From IMG/VR virus record IMGVR_UViG_3300027819_000002, positions 1-44,171 of that record: 44,171 nucleotides of DNA; one strand, 5' to 3'. The DNA comes from a virus. Lineage: Duplodnaviria > Caudoviricetes. The notes below the pieces were generated by a model. That model was given only the letters and a program-made list of their open reading frames with translations. It was not told the DNA's origin and searched no databases. The position numbers were made by a program, and so were the translations under genes. The stretch's first letter is position 1. Each line of letters starts with the position of its first letter. Positions 34,705 through 43,131 of the stretch are shown one piece after another.

Positions 34705-35136
34705 ATGAAACAGACAAGAAAATACTTCGAGATTCTCGGACAACTCAACGGTCAAACGCCGGATGACTACGAGAAGCGTAGTCAAGTTTGGATGCAAGGC
34801 TATATGACTATTCGCAGCCTTGCAAAGAAACATCACCGTTTGGCCGAAATGGATTGCAACGGCTATGGACGTGTACGCGGTCAAATGTATTATACCGGAT
34901 CAATAGACGACTACGCACGCCGCGAATATGGAGCAAATGTCAAGTCCGGCTATGTTGACAATTCGGACAACTCGGACGGGACTACCGTGTTCACCGTTGA
35001 AGCAGACAAGGTTGAGGACAAGATTAAAGCCATTGCAAAGAGTATCAAGCTTGTGGTCACATTCCAGGGCGATCCAAGAGGCGCAACGGTCAAGCTTGAG
35101 ACGCGCAAGGGTCGATATGTGCCTATCATTGAATGA
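34705..35136 (+). CDS. Early hypothetical protein
   Basis: AAGGAG RBS; HRLAEMDCNG...FQGDPRG. Confidence 0.75.
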   Translation: MKQTRKYFEILGQLNGQTPDDYEKRSQVWMQGYMTIRSLAKKHHRLAEMDCNGYGRVRGQMYYTGSIDDYARREYGANVKSGYVDNSDNSDGTTVFTVEADKVEDKIKAIAKSIKLVVTFQGDPRGATVKLETRKGRYVPIIE

Positions 35137-35140
35137 AGCC

Positions 35141-35305
35141 ATGAAAAAATCAATGAAAGAAAATGGGCTTATCTGCACCTGTAACGCTTGTGACCGCATA
35201 ATACGGGAAGGCGAAACATTCAATAACGCAAGCACGAGCCTTCCCGTTGTGCGGGATATTAACGAATGGAAAAGAATAAGAGTGAATCTAAGGGTGAACC
35301 CATGA
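35141..35305 (+). CDS. Small hypothetical protein
   Basis: CTCNAC; fills the gap between neighbours. Confidence 0.4.
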   Translation: MKKSMKENGLICTCNACDRIIREGETFNNASTSLPVVRDINEWKRIRVNLRVNP

Positions 35306-35616
35306 AACACACGAAAGAGTATTTAACCGAACAAATGCCTTTCAAAATTCAACCAACCTCAATGCGTGGTGAAGTTATTTTGACCCGCCCAGAATTTCAT
35401 GGGGAGCGTGCCATCAACTTCCAAATGCCGGGAAAACTCGCTTCGGTTATCACTTCAAGGGTGAACGGTTTTATAGGCCTTAACCCCTCAGCCATTCAAG
35501 AGCTTGTGGAAGCGGTCCAAGAAGCAATAAAGTATTTTGAGGTCCGCAATCTTGGCGGGACCGCAACCAAAACAGTCGCCCGCCTTCAACAAGCATTGGA
35601 AAGGGTGAGCCAATGA
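35302..35616 (+). CDS. Hypothetical protein
   Basis: ATGA overlaps at both ends. Confidence 0.6.
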   Translation: MKHTKEYLTEQMPFKIQPTSMRGEVILTRPEFHGERAINFQMPGKLASVITSRVNGFIGLNPSAIQELVEAVQEAIKYFEVRNLGGTATKTVARLQQALERVSQ

Positions 35617-35840
35617 ACAAAGCACAAAAAGAACGTATACAAAAAACCGTTGCGGCCCTGAACTCTATTTTTGCGGCGGAATTTACCCCCAAAAAGAGAA
35701 CGCGAAGGCCCCAACCAGCTGATCCCGGCATGGTCGCTTTCAAAGAGCGGGTCCGCATAGCCAAAGCCTACGCCAAAGAGCATAACATACAAACAGCAGA
35801 GGCATACAAGATTCTCAATCCTGTTGAGGTGAAGCCATGA
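35613..35840 (+). CDS. Hypothetical protein
   Basis: 75 aa, operon packing. Confidence 0.6.
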   Translation: MNKAQKERIQKTVAALNSIFAAEFTPKKRTRRPQPADPGMVAFKERVRIAKAYAKEHNIQTAEAYKILNPVEVKP

Positions 35841-35889
35841 TGCGAGCCGTTGTAGAGACCTTACTCACGGAAGAAATGTTGGGGCGTGT

Positions 35890-36063
35890 ATGACTGAATC
35901 AATCAAACAAGCCTTCGACGCTCAAATGATGCGCGCTCGGTATGCCTTCAATCAAGAAATGTGGGAACTGTGCAGGGTGCTACTGGCGGGTGCTGAACGT
36001 ATGGCAGAGAACATGGAGAAACTCATACAAGAACAAATTGGGGGCAAACATGAAACCGAATAA
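35890..36063 (+). CDS. Small hypothetical protein (absent from the ORF track)
   Basis: MTESIKQAFDAQMMRARYAFNQEMWELCRVLL..., 57 aa. Confidence 0.45.
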   Translation: MTESIKQAFDAQMMRARYAFNQEMWELCRVLLAGAERMAENMEKLIQEQIGGKHETE

Positions 36064-36226
36064 TTGGGCTGACTTCTACTCTGTTCAAGATCAACGAACC
36101 GGTGAAGTCTTAGAAGTCTATACGCTACACGGTCAGGTCTATAAAATCAAGTCTCTGCTCTTTGAGACGTTTCGGTATCTCACAACTAAGGACGCCCAAG
36201 CTAAGTACTGGGTGTTCTTGAATTAA
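36050..36226 (+). CDS. Small hypothetical protein
   Basis: GGGGG RBS; MKPNNWADFY... Confidence 0.5.
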   Translation: MKPNNWADFYSVQDQRTGEVLEVYTLHGQVYKIKSLLFETFRYLTTKDAQAKYWVFLN

Positions 36227-36576
36227 CCGTGAGACCTTTCCATTCTCGCGTGTTCGCCGGGTAGGGCTCGTTCGGCGTAGTCTCTGTGGTACATCCAGTA
36301 ACACCTGTCTCGTAATTTCTTCAGGTAGCGAAGGAATTGCTTTGTTTTGCTCCCGTAGGGCTTGCGGGGTACGCGATCCTTCTGGCCCTTAACCCTTCCG
36401 CCGGCGTGTTCCTTCCTTAGTGTAACCCTCGATCGTAACCTTGCCCGAATAGTCTTGGGGTCAACCTTGAACAGCCTCGCAAGCTGATTAATGGAATGAG
36501 AAGGGTAAAGCCCCAACATTCTATCAACATCAAGGGGCTTGTATGCGTTATACTTGCGTCCGTCCAACCTTAGCAT
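36223..36576 (-). CDS. HTH DNA-binding protein (possible transcription regulator)
   Basis: SINQLARLFKVDPKTIRARL; GGAG RBS. Confidence 0.7.
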   Translation of the reverse strand: MLRLDGRKYNAYKPLDVDRMLGLYPSHSINQLARLFKVDPKTIRARLRSRVTLRKEHAGGRVKGQKDRVPRKPYGSKTKQFLRYLKKLRDRCYWMYHRDYAERALPGEHARMERSHG

Positions 36577-36670
36577 CTCCCGCTTGTCAAAAGTCTCTCA
36601 CGTCTTACGTGCTTCCGGTAGATTCGATAAGCCCAGAGTAAGAATAAGGCAGAGAAAGTAAGTGTCTTTT

Positions 36671-37078
36671 TCATCTCCATAACCCATTCAGGTAGGTGAT
36701 TTGTGCCTCAAGCTCTGTAATCGTCCATTTCTTCTGTTTATTCGCACACGCAAGAAGCTCCTCCACCACTTGCCCGCCTTCCCGCGCTTCGACGTGGCGT
36801 TGTATTACTATCTCAATCGGATTGTGCCATGCCTTACCCGCGTTGTCAGCCGCGCATACCGTTGTTCCGTTACGGGGATCGAAATATACTGACTTTTTCT
36901 TAGCTGTTATGTAATGGTCAACCTGTAACACTACGTCCTTTCGTTTGTGTATGGCGCATTGATTCCCATCCCTACGCCTGCAAGCCTGCTTCCAAGCCTC
37001 GTTACATTCCCTCCACGTCTTACGGAAGAGGCTCTTAGCTGGACTTATCTTCCTGAGGTATTTACGCTTCTTTGCCAA
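36671..37078 (-). CDS. NinG/Rap-like HNH-fold recombination nuclease
   Basis: RRRDGNQC...LQVDHYI...FDPRNG..VC...N; KWTITELE. Confidence 0.7.
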   Translation of the reverse strand: MAKKRKYLRKISPAKSLFRKTWRECNEAWKQACRRRDGNQCAIHKRKDVVLQVDHYITAKKKSVYFDPRNGTTVCAADNAGKAWHNPIEIVIQRHVEAREGGQVVEELLACANKQKKWTITELEAQITYLNGLWR

Positions 37079-37403
37079 GATGTGTTCTAATACGATGGCA
37101 ATTAGAGCAGATAAGATCGCATTTAGCGATCTCCTCAAGGATTATATCCTCAGGATAGCCGGGCATCGCCGCCAGGTTCTTAAACTTCTCTCCACGAACA
37201 TGATCAAAGTCCATCACGCAGGGCGGATAAGTATTTTTACAATCGACACACGGGCCAGACTTAAGCTGGTCCATCCAAGCGCGTCGAGCGGCCCGAACAC
37301 TGGCCCTAAAGACTTTAACTTTGTCTTTATTGGCTTTGCCCCAGCGCGTAGAATAGTCGATGTAAGCCTGTCGGTTCTTCTCGTAATCCTTCTTGTTGGG
37401 CAT
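37062..37403 (-). CDS. Free-standing HNH endonuclease
   Basis: CVDC...MDFDHVRGEK...EIAKCDLICSNCHRIRT. Confidence 0.85.
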   Translation of the reverse strand: MPNKKDYEKNRQAYIDYSTRWGKANKDKVKVFRASVRAARRAWMDQLKSGPCVDCKNTYPPCVMDFDHVRGEKFKNLAAMPGYPEDIILEEIAKCDLICSNCHRIRTHLGKEA

Positions 37404-37463
37404 TTACTTAACCGCCTTTCGGGTCTTGGCTGGGCTTATTTTGCGTATGGGCTTACGTTTCAT
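37404..37463 (-). pseudogene. Orphaned original 5' end of the NinG-like gene
   Basis: MKRKPIRKISPAKTRKAVK vs KRKYLRKISPAKS at the NinG-like N-terminus. Confidence 0.7.
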
Positions 37464-37688
37464 TTAGTTGTCTGAGAATCTTCCCTGAATACTCCCCATC
37501 TCTCTCCAATCGTCATACGAGTAAAAGGGGTTTAGCCTTGCCCGTGCTTTCCTTAAAAGACTGCCCGAAGTAGGGGTAGAATAAAAAATTGGTTTCAACT
37601 TATTCAACTCCCGCACGTTCCTTCCCGCGTGGCGATGACAGGGCGAGTTCGGTTTACAGTTCTTGCAGGGTTCGTCAAGGTAGATCAT
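37464..37688 (-). CDS. Hypothetical Cys/His protein
   Basis: GGAGG RBS; CKNC...CHRH. Confidence 0.55.
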   Translation of the reverse strand: MIYLDEPCKNCKPNSPCHRHAGRNVRELNKLKPIFYSTPTSGSLLRKARARLNPFYSYDDWREMGSIQGRFSDN

Positions 37689-37942
37689 TTGCCCTCCGTG
37701 AATAAGTCTAGTTGAGCAATTACTGCCCTGTTGTTCCACTCTGATACGCGAAGATCGCCATTGCAAAGGGTTAAAAGAGAATCTCTCTTGTTTATTTCCC
37801 CCCGCAAACTATCCACTGCTTCTGTATAGACATTCAGTTCCTTGAGAGAGTAGTTCACATATCTTGGGGTCAGTTGCGCGTGAATGAGAAACGTAAAACC
37901 AATGAGTGCTACGAGTAAGGGCGGGACGTGGCGGCGTTTCAT
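37685..37942 (-). CDS. Exported coiled-coil protein (signal peptide)
   Basis: MKRRHVPPLLVALIGFTFLIHA|Q. Confidence 0.6.
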   Translation of the reverse strand: MKRRHVPPLLVALIGFTFLIHAQLTPRYVNYSLKELNVYTEAVDSLRGEINKRDSLLTLCNGDLRVSEWNNRAVIAQLDLFTEGK

Positions 37943-38151
37943 TTTTCGCCCCATCTACCAAGTTTCTGCAAGATTTTTTCTGTTGAAATGTAGAGCGTTT
38001 CCCCCTCACCCTTACCAACCTCTAACGCCGAAATGAGGATGCCGAGACTGTCTGGAAGATTTTCTGCAATCGCCCCCTCAACGGCTTTATCAAAGCTATT
38101 AGCCTTAACAATCACATCCATACCCCCAGATTGAACCCTGTATTTTTTCAT
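37939..38151 (-). CDS. Hypothetical protein
   Basis: MKKYRVQSGG...; ATGA overlap. Confidence 0.55.
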   Translation of the reverse strand: MKKYRVQSGGMDVIVKANSFDKAVEGAIAENLPDSLGILISALEVGKGEGETLYISTEKILQKLGRWGEK

Positions 38152-38250
38152 GAGAAAATCCAGTAAAGAAAACCCCAAAACGCAACCGGAATAACCACCC
38201 AAATCGCCAGCATTATCCCCGCGTGTTTGCATTGTTCCCAAGTCATGCGT

Positions 38251-38466
38251 TCACCTTTCTTTGAGTCGTTCAGCTAAAGACTTTAACCAGTTAAACTCCC
38301 CCGACGTTACCTTGCTCAGGTCCTCTCCCCTTCGTTCACAGATCGACATGAAGTGATTCCATTCGTTGTAACCATCACGGTCGCTTAACTGTATTTTCTT
38401 GGCGTGTTTATTGATGGTCGCCAAATGGCGAAGCGTCAATTCCACCTGCCAGTTTTTTTCTTCCAC
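38251..38466 (-). CDS. Hypothetical protein
   Basis: 71 aa, packed in the operon. Confidence 0.55.
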   Translation of the reverse strand: MEEKNWQVELTLRHLATINKHAKKIQLSDRDGYNEWNHFMSICERRGEDLSKVTSGEFNWLKSLAERLKER

Positions 38467-38467
38467 G

Positions 38468-38809
38468 TTAGAACGGCAAATCCGATTCTTTTTTCGGTGA
38501 ACGAACCCTCAACCCGCCTACCGTCTTTCCGCCAAACTCCACGTCGGGGTCAAAATACACAACGCATTGCTTCCCCGCCCAATCGTCCGTGTTATCCGAA
38601 CTGCACATCCTTTCAAGCCGATTGATGTTGGTTTTATTCAGAACGAGCGGCTTGGCAAATTCTTTGAAGTGAACCGCCCACTTTGCTTCCGGCTCTTCCT
38701 CTGTCCCGACGTTTTCCCTTGTAACATTCCCAATGGTAACGAGCTTTCCATCTCCAACGTCTGCACCTTTGAGGAATTTGCTGGGTATCATTTCATTTGT
38801 TCGTGGCAT
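38468..38809 (-). CDS. Putative single-stranded DNA-binding protein
   Basis: PSKFLKGAD, KPLVLNKTN, DDWAGK, GGLRV; acidic SSB-type tail ESDLPF. Confidence 0.7.
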   Translation of the reverse strand: MPRTNEMIPSKFLKGADVGDGKLVTIGNVTRENVGTEEEPEAKWAVHFKEFAKPLVLNKTNINRLERMCSSDNTDDWAGKQCVVYFDPDVEFGGKTVGGLRVRSPKKESDLPF

Positions 38810-38846
38810 TTGCTTCTCCTTTTGTTTTGGTTTGTGGCGATGATGC

Positions 38847-39146
38847 TCACTTGGGTTCTCCTTTTTTGAATTTGTGAAGGACTATGGACTTCTTGCCTAA
38901 TAGCTCATAAACGCCTTGAGATTGAAATGTTGGTTTCGGATTTTTCTGATGAAGTGTTGCTTTATACCTCCCAATCTGCACCCCTTCTTCTGGAAAAGAA
39001 GCAACCACTTCATCCTTCCATTGCTCATAGGTTTTCCAATCCAATTCTCCCTTAAATTCAAAGCCCATAATCAGCTTTTTATAGGTTTCCTTGAAATCTC
39101 TCAGCGCGACGAGATAAGTAAGGTATTTTTTCTGGTCGTCAGTCAT
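38847..39146 (-). CDS. Hypothetical protein
   Basis: Start MTDDQKK with GAGG RBS. Confidence 0.6.
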   Translation of the reverse strand: MTDDQKKYLTYLVALRDFKETYKKLIMGFEFKGELDWKTYEQWKDEVVASFPEEGVQIGRYKATLHQKNPKPTFQSQGVYELLGKKSIVLHKFKKGEPK

Positions 39147-39385
39147 ACAACCTCTGTGCAATAATCGCACCACAGAGCCTTCTTGTAGCCCCGTTCGATT
39201 GAACGGCAAGCAGAACACACGGTCCAGCTTTCATCCTCTTTGCCTATTTCGTGAGCGTCGGGGTCGCCACATTCAGCGCAGACATCAATCTCCTCAAGCC
39301 TCGTTTTGCACTTGGGGCAATGGGGGTTTTCGGGTTCCATTTCACCGAAAGGTTCGCCGTCGCCTGCAAGGTGTTTCTCTGCCAT
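39143..39385 (-). CDS. Multi-CxxC zinc-finger protein
   Basis: CPKC, CAEC, CSAC, CDYC. Confidence 0.65.
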   Translation of the reverse strand: MAEKHLAGDGEPFGEMEPENPHCPKCKTRLEEIDVCAECGDPDAHEIGKEDESWTVCSACRSIERGYKKALWCDYCTEVV

Positions 39386-39411
39386 TGTAACTTCTTCTCT
39401 TGAAGTGTGGT

Positions 39412-39588
39412 TCATGGGACTTCGATCTCCTTTACGACCCTTGCGGGATTGAGTACGTTCCTCAGTTTTGTCTCGCACTCCTCCACCGTGTTCCCACAGG
39501 TGTCGCCAACGAAATAATCCTTATCGTCGTATGCGTAAAATCTGCGGATACCGTCGCCGGACAATCTTTCCTTGATTGTGTATTTCAT
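39412..39588 (-). CDS. Small hypothetical protein (absent from the ORF track)
   Basis: AAGGAG RBS; MKYTIKERLSGDGIRRFYAY..., 58 aa. Confidence 0.55.
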   Translation of the reverse strand: MKYTIKERLSGDGIRRFYAYDDKDYFVGDTCGNTVEECETKLRNVLNPARVVKEIEVP

Positions 39589-39756
39589 TTACGGTTGCTC
39601 CTTCTGTCTTGATAGGAAAGCGATAACCGCCACCTCAATCAAGTGTGAAGTGTTTCGGTAAAGTGGATTATTGGCAATTACCTCTTTCACTTCTTTGATT
39701 GTGGCGGGGCTGAGTCTTATCCCGACCTGTTCTTTGATTTGGGGTTGCTTTTTCAT
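39589..39756 (-). CDS. Ribbon-helix-helix (CopG/Arc-like) regulator
   Basis: QVGIRLS...YRNTSHLIEVAV. Confidence 0.7.
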   Translation of the reverse strand: MKKQPQIKEQVGIRLSPATIKEVKEVIANNPLYRNTSHLIEVAVIAFLSRQKEQP

Positions 39757-40418
39757 TTTATCAGTCCGATTTCTTTTAAGTCTTTTTCTCCGACGACCTT
39801 GCATTTACTTACTCGAAATTTCCCATCGGTTGCTGTTGGAATTGCGGCAATATCTTTCGCTGTGAACTCGACAACGAGAATCTTGTAACCCTCCCTCCAT
39901 TCTCGCATACACCAGTCAAGTGTGGCAAGATTTATTCCTGCGGCACATTGCTTGTTTTCGTCCGTATTGGCCTTTACTGAATAGGATTTCCCCTTGAGAT
40001 AGATTATCCCACCATTAAACGGGCCGACGTTTTCCGAGTTGACTAACTTGTATGCCCTAATTTTGGCGGGTTGGTCAAAAAGCATTCTGATGGGTGTAAC
40101 GAGATATTTGTTGATGTTTTTCGCATAACTCAAATCCGCATAACGCAAATCCGCAGAACGCAAATTCGCATAACTCAAATCCGCATAACGCAAATCCGCA
40201 GAACGCAAATCCGCAGAACTCAAATTCGCATAACTCAAATTCGCATAACTCAAATCCGCATAACGCAAATCCGCAGAACTCAAATTCGCATAACTCAAAT
40301 TCGCAGAACTCAAATTCGCCCCCGCCCTAATTCCGGCCTCCACACATAATTTAATTGATTCGGTTTTGAGTGAAAACAAAACCGAGCCTGAAAAGCGATG
40401 CTTAATCTCTATCTTCAC
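39753..40418 (-). CDS. Pentapeptide-repeat protein with C-terminal domain
   Basis: About 13 A(N/D)L(S/R)(S/Y) repeats; CAAGIN, DGKFRV. Confidence 0.9.
   Translation of the reverse strand: MKIEIKHRFSGSVLFSLKTESIKLCVEAGIRAGANLSSANLSYANLSSADLRYADLSYANLSYANLSSADLRSADLRYADLSYANLRSADLRYADLSYAKNINKYLVTPIRMLFDQPAKIRAYKLVNSENVGPFNGGIIYLKGKSYSVKANTDENKQCAAGINLATLDWCMREWREGYKILVVEFTAKDIAAIPTATDGKFRVSKCKVVGEKDLKEIGLIK
40122..40319. repeat. 15-bp tandem repeat encoding the pentapeptides
   Basis: cgca(t/g)aac(t/g)caaat(c/t), about 13 copies. Confidence 0.9.
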
Positions 40419-40442
40419 TTTATTCTCCTTTGTGCGGGAGTA

Positions 40443-40471
40443 ACGATACCACTCCTTTTTTTCATTGTCAA
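40443..40471 (-). promoter_or_regulatory. sigma70-type promoter
   Basis: TTGACA-N17-TATCGT with an extended TG, upstream of the pentapeptide/RHH operon. Confidence 0.55.
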
Positions 40472-40571
40472 GTTAATTCTTGCGAAAGTTGACGGTTTAT
40501 AAAGATAACAAGCGCGGAACAATATCTGTGCCGTTGAGGGGTGCGCGCCAACGTGCCCAATTAAATGCAGA

Positions 40572-40931
40572 TTATCCCTTGTTATATTCAAAATGCATCC
40601 CATCCCACCCCTCGATGATTTCGGTGTTTGGATCGTCCCCGAATCTCCCGCCCCATCGCCCGCCGATAGACTCCCAATACAAACCGAGATATTTGTAGTC
40701 CTCAGTCTTGTCGAGATATTTTCCTTCCTTCCAAGCCGATACGTCCACAGCAAGCCCTTGTAGATGTTTCGAGTCCAAGGTCTTGCTTTTACCCTGACTG
40801 ACGTAGAGCTTTTGCTGTTCGAGTGTTCGGGTGCATTCACCGATTGCGAGTTTGTACCCGCTTGAATAAGCCCAATTTATCAACAGGTGAACCATCCAAG
40901 TAAAGTCTTGTCGCCGTTCATTTACCGTCAT
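40572..40931 (-). CDS. Endolysin, M15-family (L-Ala-D-Glu type) peptidase
   Basis: RTLEQQ..Y..GKS, SKHLQGLAVD, WGGRF, DGMHFE. Confidence 0.9.
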   Translation of the reverse strand: MTVNERRQDFTWMVHLLINWAYSSGYKLAIGECTRTLEQQKLYVSQGKSKTLDSKHLQGLAVDVSAWKEGKYLDKTEDYKYLGLYWESIGGRWGGRFGDDPNTEIIEGWDGMHFEYNKG

Positions 40932-41164
40932 AACGAGTCCTTTCGATCCTGCTCTTGCCTTTGGCTTTCTTGAAGTTGAAGGATGTAGGCTTTACTGGTT
41001 TCTTCTTCTTGTTTTTCAAAAGCTATTCTCCTTAGAATTTCGCAATTTCCGTGAGCGCACTCAGAATCGTCGCAAGGTTTGGGTATTTCCTTAATGAGTG
41101 GGATTTCCACGTCCCTCATTCTTTCTAAATCGTTTGAAAATTCATTGTATGGTATGCGGGTCAT
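40928..41164 (-). CDS. Hypothetical protein
   Basis: ATGA overlaps on both sides. Confidence 0.55.
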   Translation of the reverse strand: MTRIPYNEFSNDLERMRDVEIPLIKEIPKPCDDSECAHGNCEILRRIAFEKQEEETSKAYILQLQESQRQEQDRKDSL

Positions 41165-41757
41165 ACCGAGGCATAGGTTCTACGAGAAATCACGTTCTTG
41201 ATTGAAGCCAAACAAACGCCATATTCAGTCATCAATTCCTTGCAAGTATGCGTTCTCGCCTTTTCCCTAATTTCTTTCACCTGTTCAGCCGTAAGAACAG
41301 CCATCCCGTTCTTTTCTCCGCGCAATACCTTGTCCGGATATAGCCTTGTCCAGTGTTTGTCCCCACCAACATTAATCAATCTTCCCTTTCTCCGCATGTC
41401 TTCATTATTGTCCGCCTGTGTGCCAAGAAATAAATGTCTTGGATTTACGCAAGGGGGATTGTCGCACCTATGTAAAACACACATCCCTTCCGGTATCACC
41501 CCGCGATGAATAAGCCAACTATAACGATGAGTTCTCCACATCGTTTTCTTCCCCGTCCAACGCGCCCTAAGCATGCCATATCCGTGTGGCAATTTAGACC
41601 CCATCCAAATCCAACACGAATTTGTTTTCTTCACCCTTGAGAAGAATTTCGCCTTAATCGTTGTCGCATCCAATGTGTAAAAACCTAAAAAGCAACCATC
41701 GAAACGGCTTAACCTAAACTGAGGCATGGATATCCATCTCCATCCGGTCATCGCCAT
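41161..41757 (-). CDS. Free-standing HNH endonuclease (true start probably TTG at 41673)
   Basis: CWIWMG...GYG, THRYSW, VLHRCDNPPCVNPRHL.LGT..DN. Confidence 0.9.
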   Translation of the reverse strand: MAMTGWRWISMPQFRLSRFDGCFLGFYTLDATTIKAKFFSRVKKTNSCWIWMGSKLPHGYGMLRARWTGKKTMWRTHRYSWLIHRGVIPEGMCVLHRCDNPPCVNPRHLFLGTQADNNEDMRRKGRLINVGGDKHWTRLYPDKVLRGEKNGMAVLTAEQVKEIREKARTHTCKELMTEYGVCLASIKNVISRRTYASV

Positions 41758-42574
41758 CTTTTTGTATTCGTCTTGGGGTTATTTCAATTTTGATTACTCC
41801 AAGTTCTGTCGGGCGGGCGGCTATATCCACAATATAGCTTGCATGGTTTTCAACGTACCCCTTCAAAAATGACCCCGTCCTACCAAGCATGATTTTCCTC
41901 TTTGAAAGCCTTAACCCACCATTGCCTTCACTCAGGGTTAGTTTCTCAATCGGCCTTACCCCTTTTTGGTGGTCATGTCCTGAAAGAAAAATATCGGCTT
42001 CGGCAATGTTCATCATTTTCTCTACCGAGTTAATCGTGGCCCCAGCAAGTTGCCCACTTCCCCTCCCATGATGGGCAAAAATGTCTATCGAATAGCTCCC
42101 CCTGTGTTTCGTATCAGAAGAAATAGAAAGCCTGATAAACGCCGCAACCCCTAAAAACTTTGTATTGAGGTGGTCGGCTAAGAGTTGGTCGGTATTGATC
42201 CCGCTTTGAAGTTCAGCGTAATGATTCCCGCCTAAAAGCCCTATCAGTTTCCCCCTCATAAATTCAAGTTCCTTAGCGAGCTTTAAGGTGTTCTTTTTGT
42301 AGAGGTTGTCAAGGGTTTCAAGTGTTGATTCGTGGAATTTCTTGTCTGATAGCAGGGTTCGCTCAGAGGTTGAAGCGAGGTCGTCATAATCTCCCATACC
42401 TAAAAAGTAGGCGTTCTTTTTTGTCTTAGCCCATTTCAGGTAGGCAAGCCATCTTTCCACATCGCACAACGGGGCGAAACGGTGAATATCCCCAAAAGGC
42501 AATAGATAGAATGTTTCTCCATATTTGGCCTTGATTTCGTAACGGTGGATTGAGAATAGCCCTGTAGTTTTCAT
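41714..42574 (-). CDS. Calcineurin-like metallophosphoesterase
   Basis: GDIH, GDYDD, GNH, HHG, GHDH motifs. Confidence 0.85.
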   Translation of the reverse strand: MKTTGLFSIHRYEIKAKYGETFYLLPFGDIHRFAPLCDVERWLAYLKWAKTKKNAYFLGMGDYDDLASTSERTLLSDKKFHESTLETLDNLYKKNTLKLAKELEFMRGKLIGLLGGNHYAELQSGINTDQLLADHLNTKFLGVAAFIRLSISSDTKHRGSYSIDIFAHHGRGSGQLAGATINSVEKMMNIAEADIFLSGHDHQKGVRPIEKLTLSEGNGGLRLSKRKIMLGRTGSFLKGYVENHASYIVDIAARPTELGVIKIEITPRRIQKDGDDRMEMDIHASV

Positions 42575-42855
42575 TCTTGTCCTATGGTTTGTGAGGGAAG
42601 CGTTCTTGGGGGTGCATCGTGTTGCTCCATGCAATGAACAGCTATGCCACCAATCTTCCGCATAACATCAAGGGCTACCTTATCCCCCGGATTCATCGTC
42701 CAAGCTTTGTCTAATTCTGCAACATAATATCTGAGCATGGTGCAATAATCGCCAACGGAGTGCACTGTTTCCAGCTTCTCCATCCTGTCTGCACCAAGAG
42801 AATCCCGATATTTTCTCTCCCCATCTATGAGTTGATAAACCTTATATCGTTCCAT
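42571..42855 (-). CDS. All-alpha protein, possibly a MazG-like NTP pyrophosphatase fold
   Basis: I..ER.Y.D...HSV.DY...RKIGGIAV.CME pattern. Confidence 0.5.
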   Translation of the reverse strand: MERYKVYQLIDGERKYRDSLGADRMEKLETVHSVGDYCTMLRYYVAELDKAWTMNPGDKVALDVMRKIGGIAVHCMEQHDAPPRTLPSQTIGQE

Positions 42856-43131
42856 CTACTTTTCTCCTTTTTTGTTAGGAAATCTTTTCCACGTGAGATG
42901 CTTCTTGCATCTATAAACCCCTACGTTCTTATCGTCTGCCGTTTGTCCGGTGTATTCCATTTCCCCTTGAGTGCAAGGACAGAGACTCTTGGCTATCTTA
43001 CGCTTTGTTTTCGTTTTGATACCCATGCTCTTGCCTTCGCTCTTTTGTTGCGGAGTTTCGTTAGGGTAAAATTCGTAATCACCGGTCAATGGTTGATTGT
43101 TGGCTTTCGCTGTTTTCACAACCATTCCCAA
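42856..43131 (-). CDS. Small Cys/His protein
   Basis: CPC...CKKH; start uncertain. Confidence 0.5.
   Translation of the reverse strand: MGMVVKTAKANNQPLTGDYEFYPNETPQQKSEGKSMGIKTKTKRKIAKSLCPCTQGEMEYTGQTADDKNVGVYRCKKHLTWKRFPNKKGEK

Noticed and set aside
40071-40349. CRISPR array or + strand TQIRI repeat protein
   Set aside because: 15-bp tandem units without spacers; it is the antisense shadow of the pentapeptide-repeat gene
40415-40840. 141-aa ORF overlapping the endolysin
   Set aside because: Alternative frame spanning the endolysin and a promoter-containing intergenic region; no motif support
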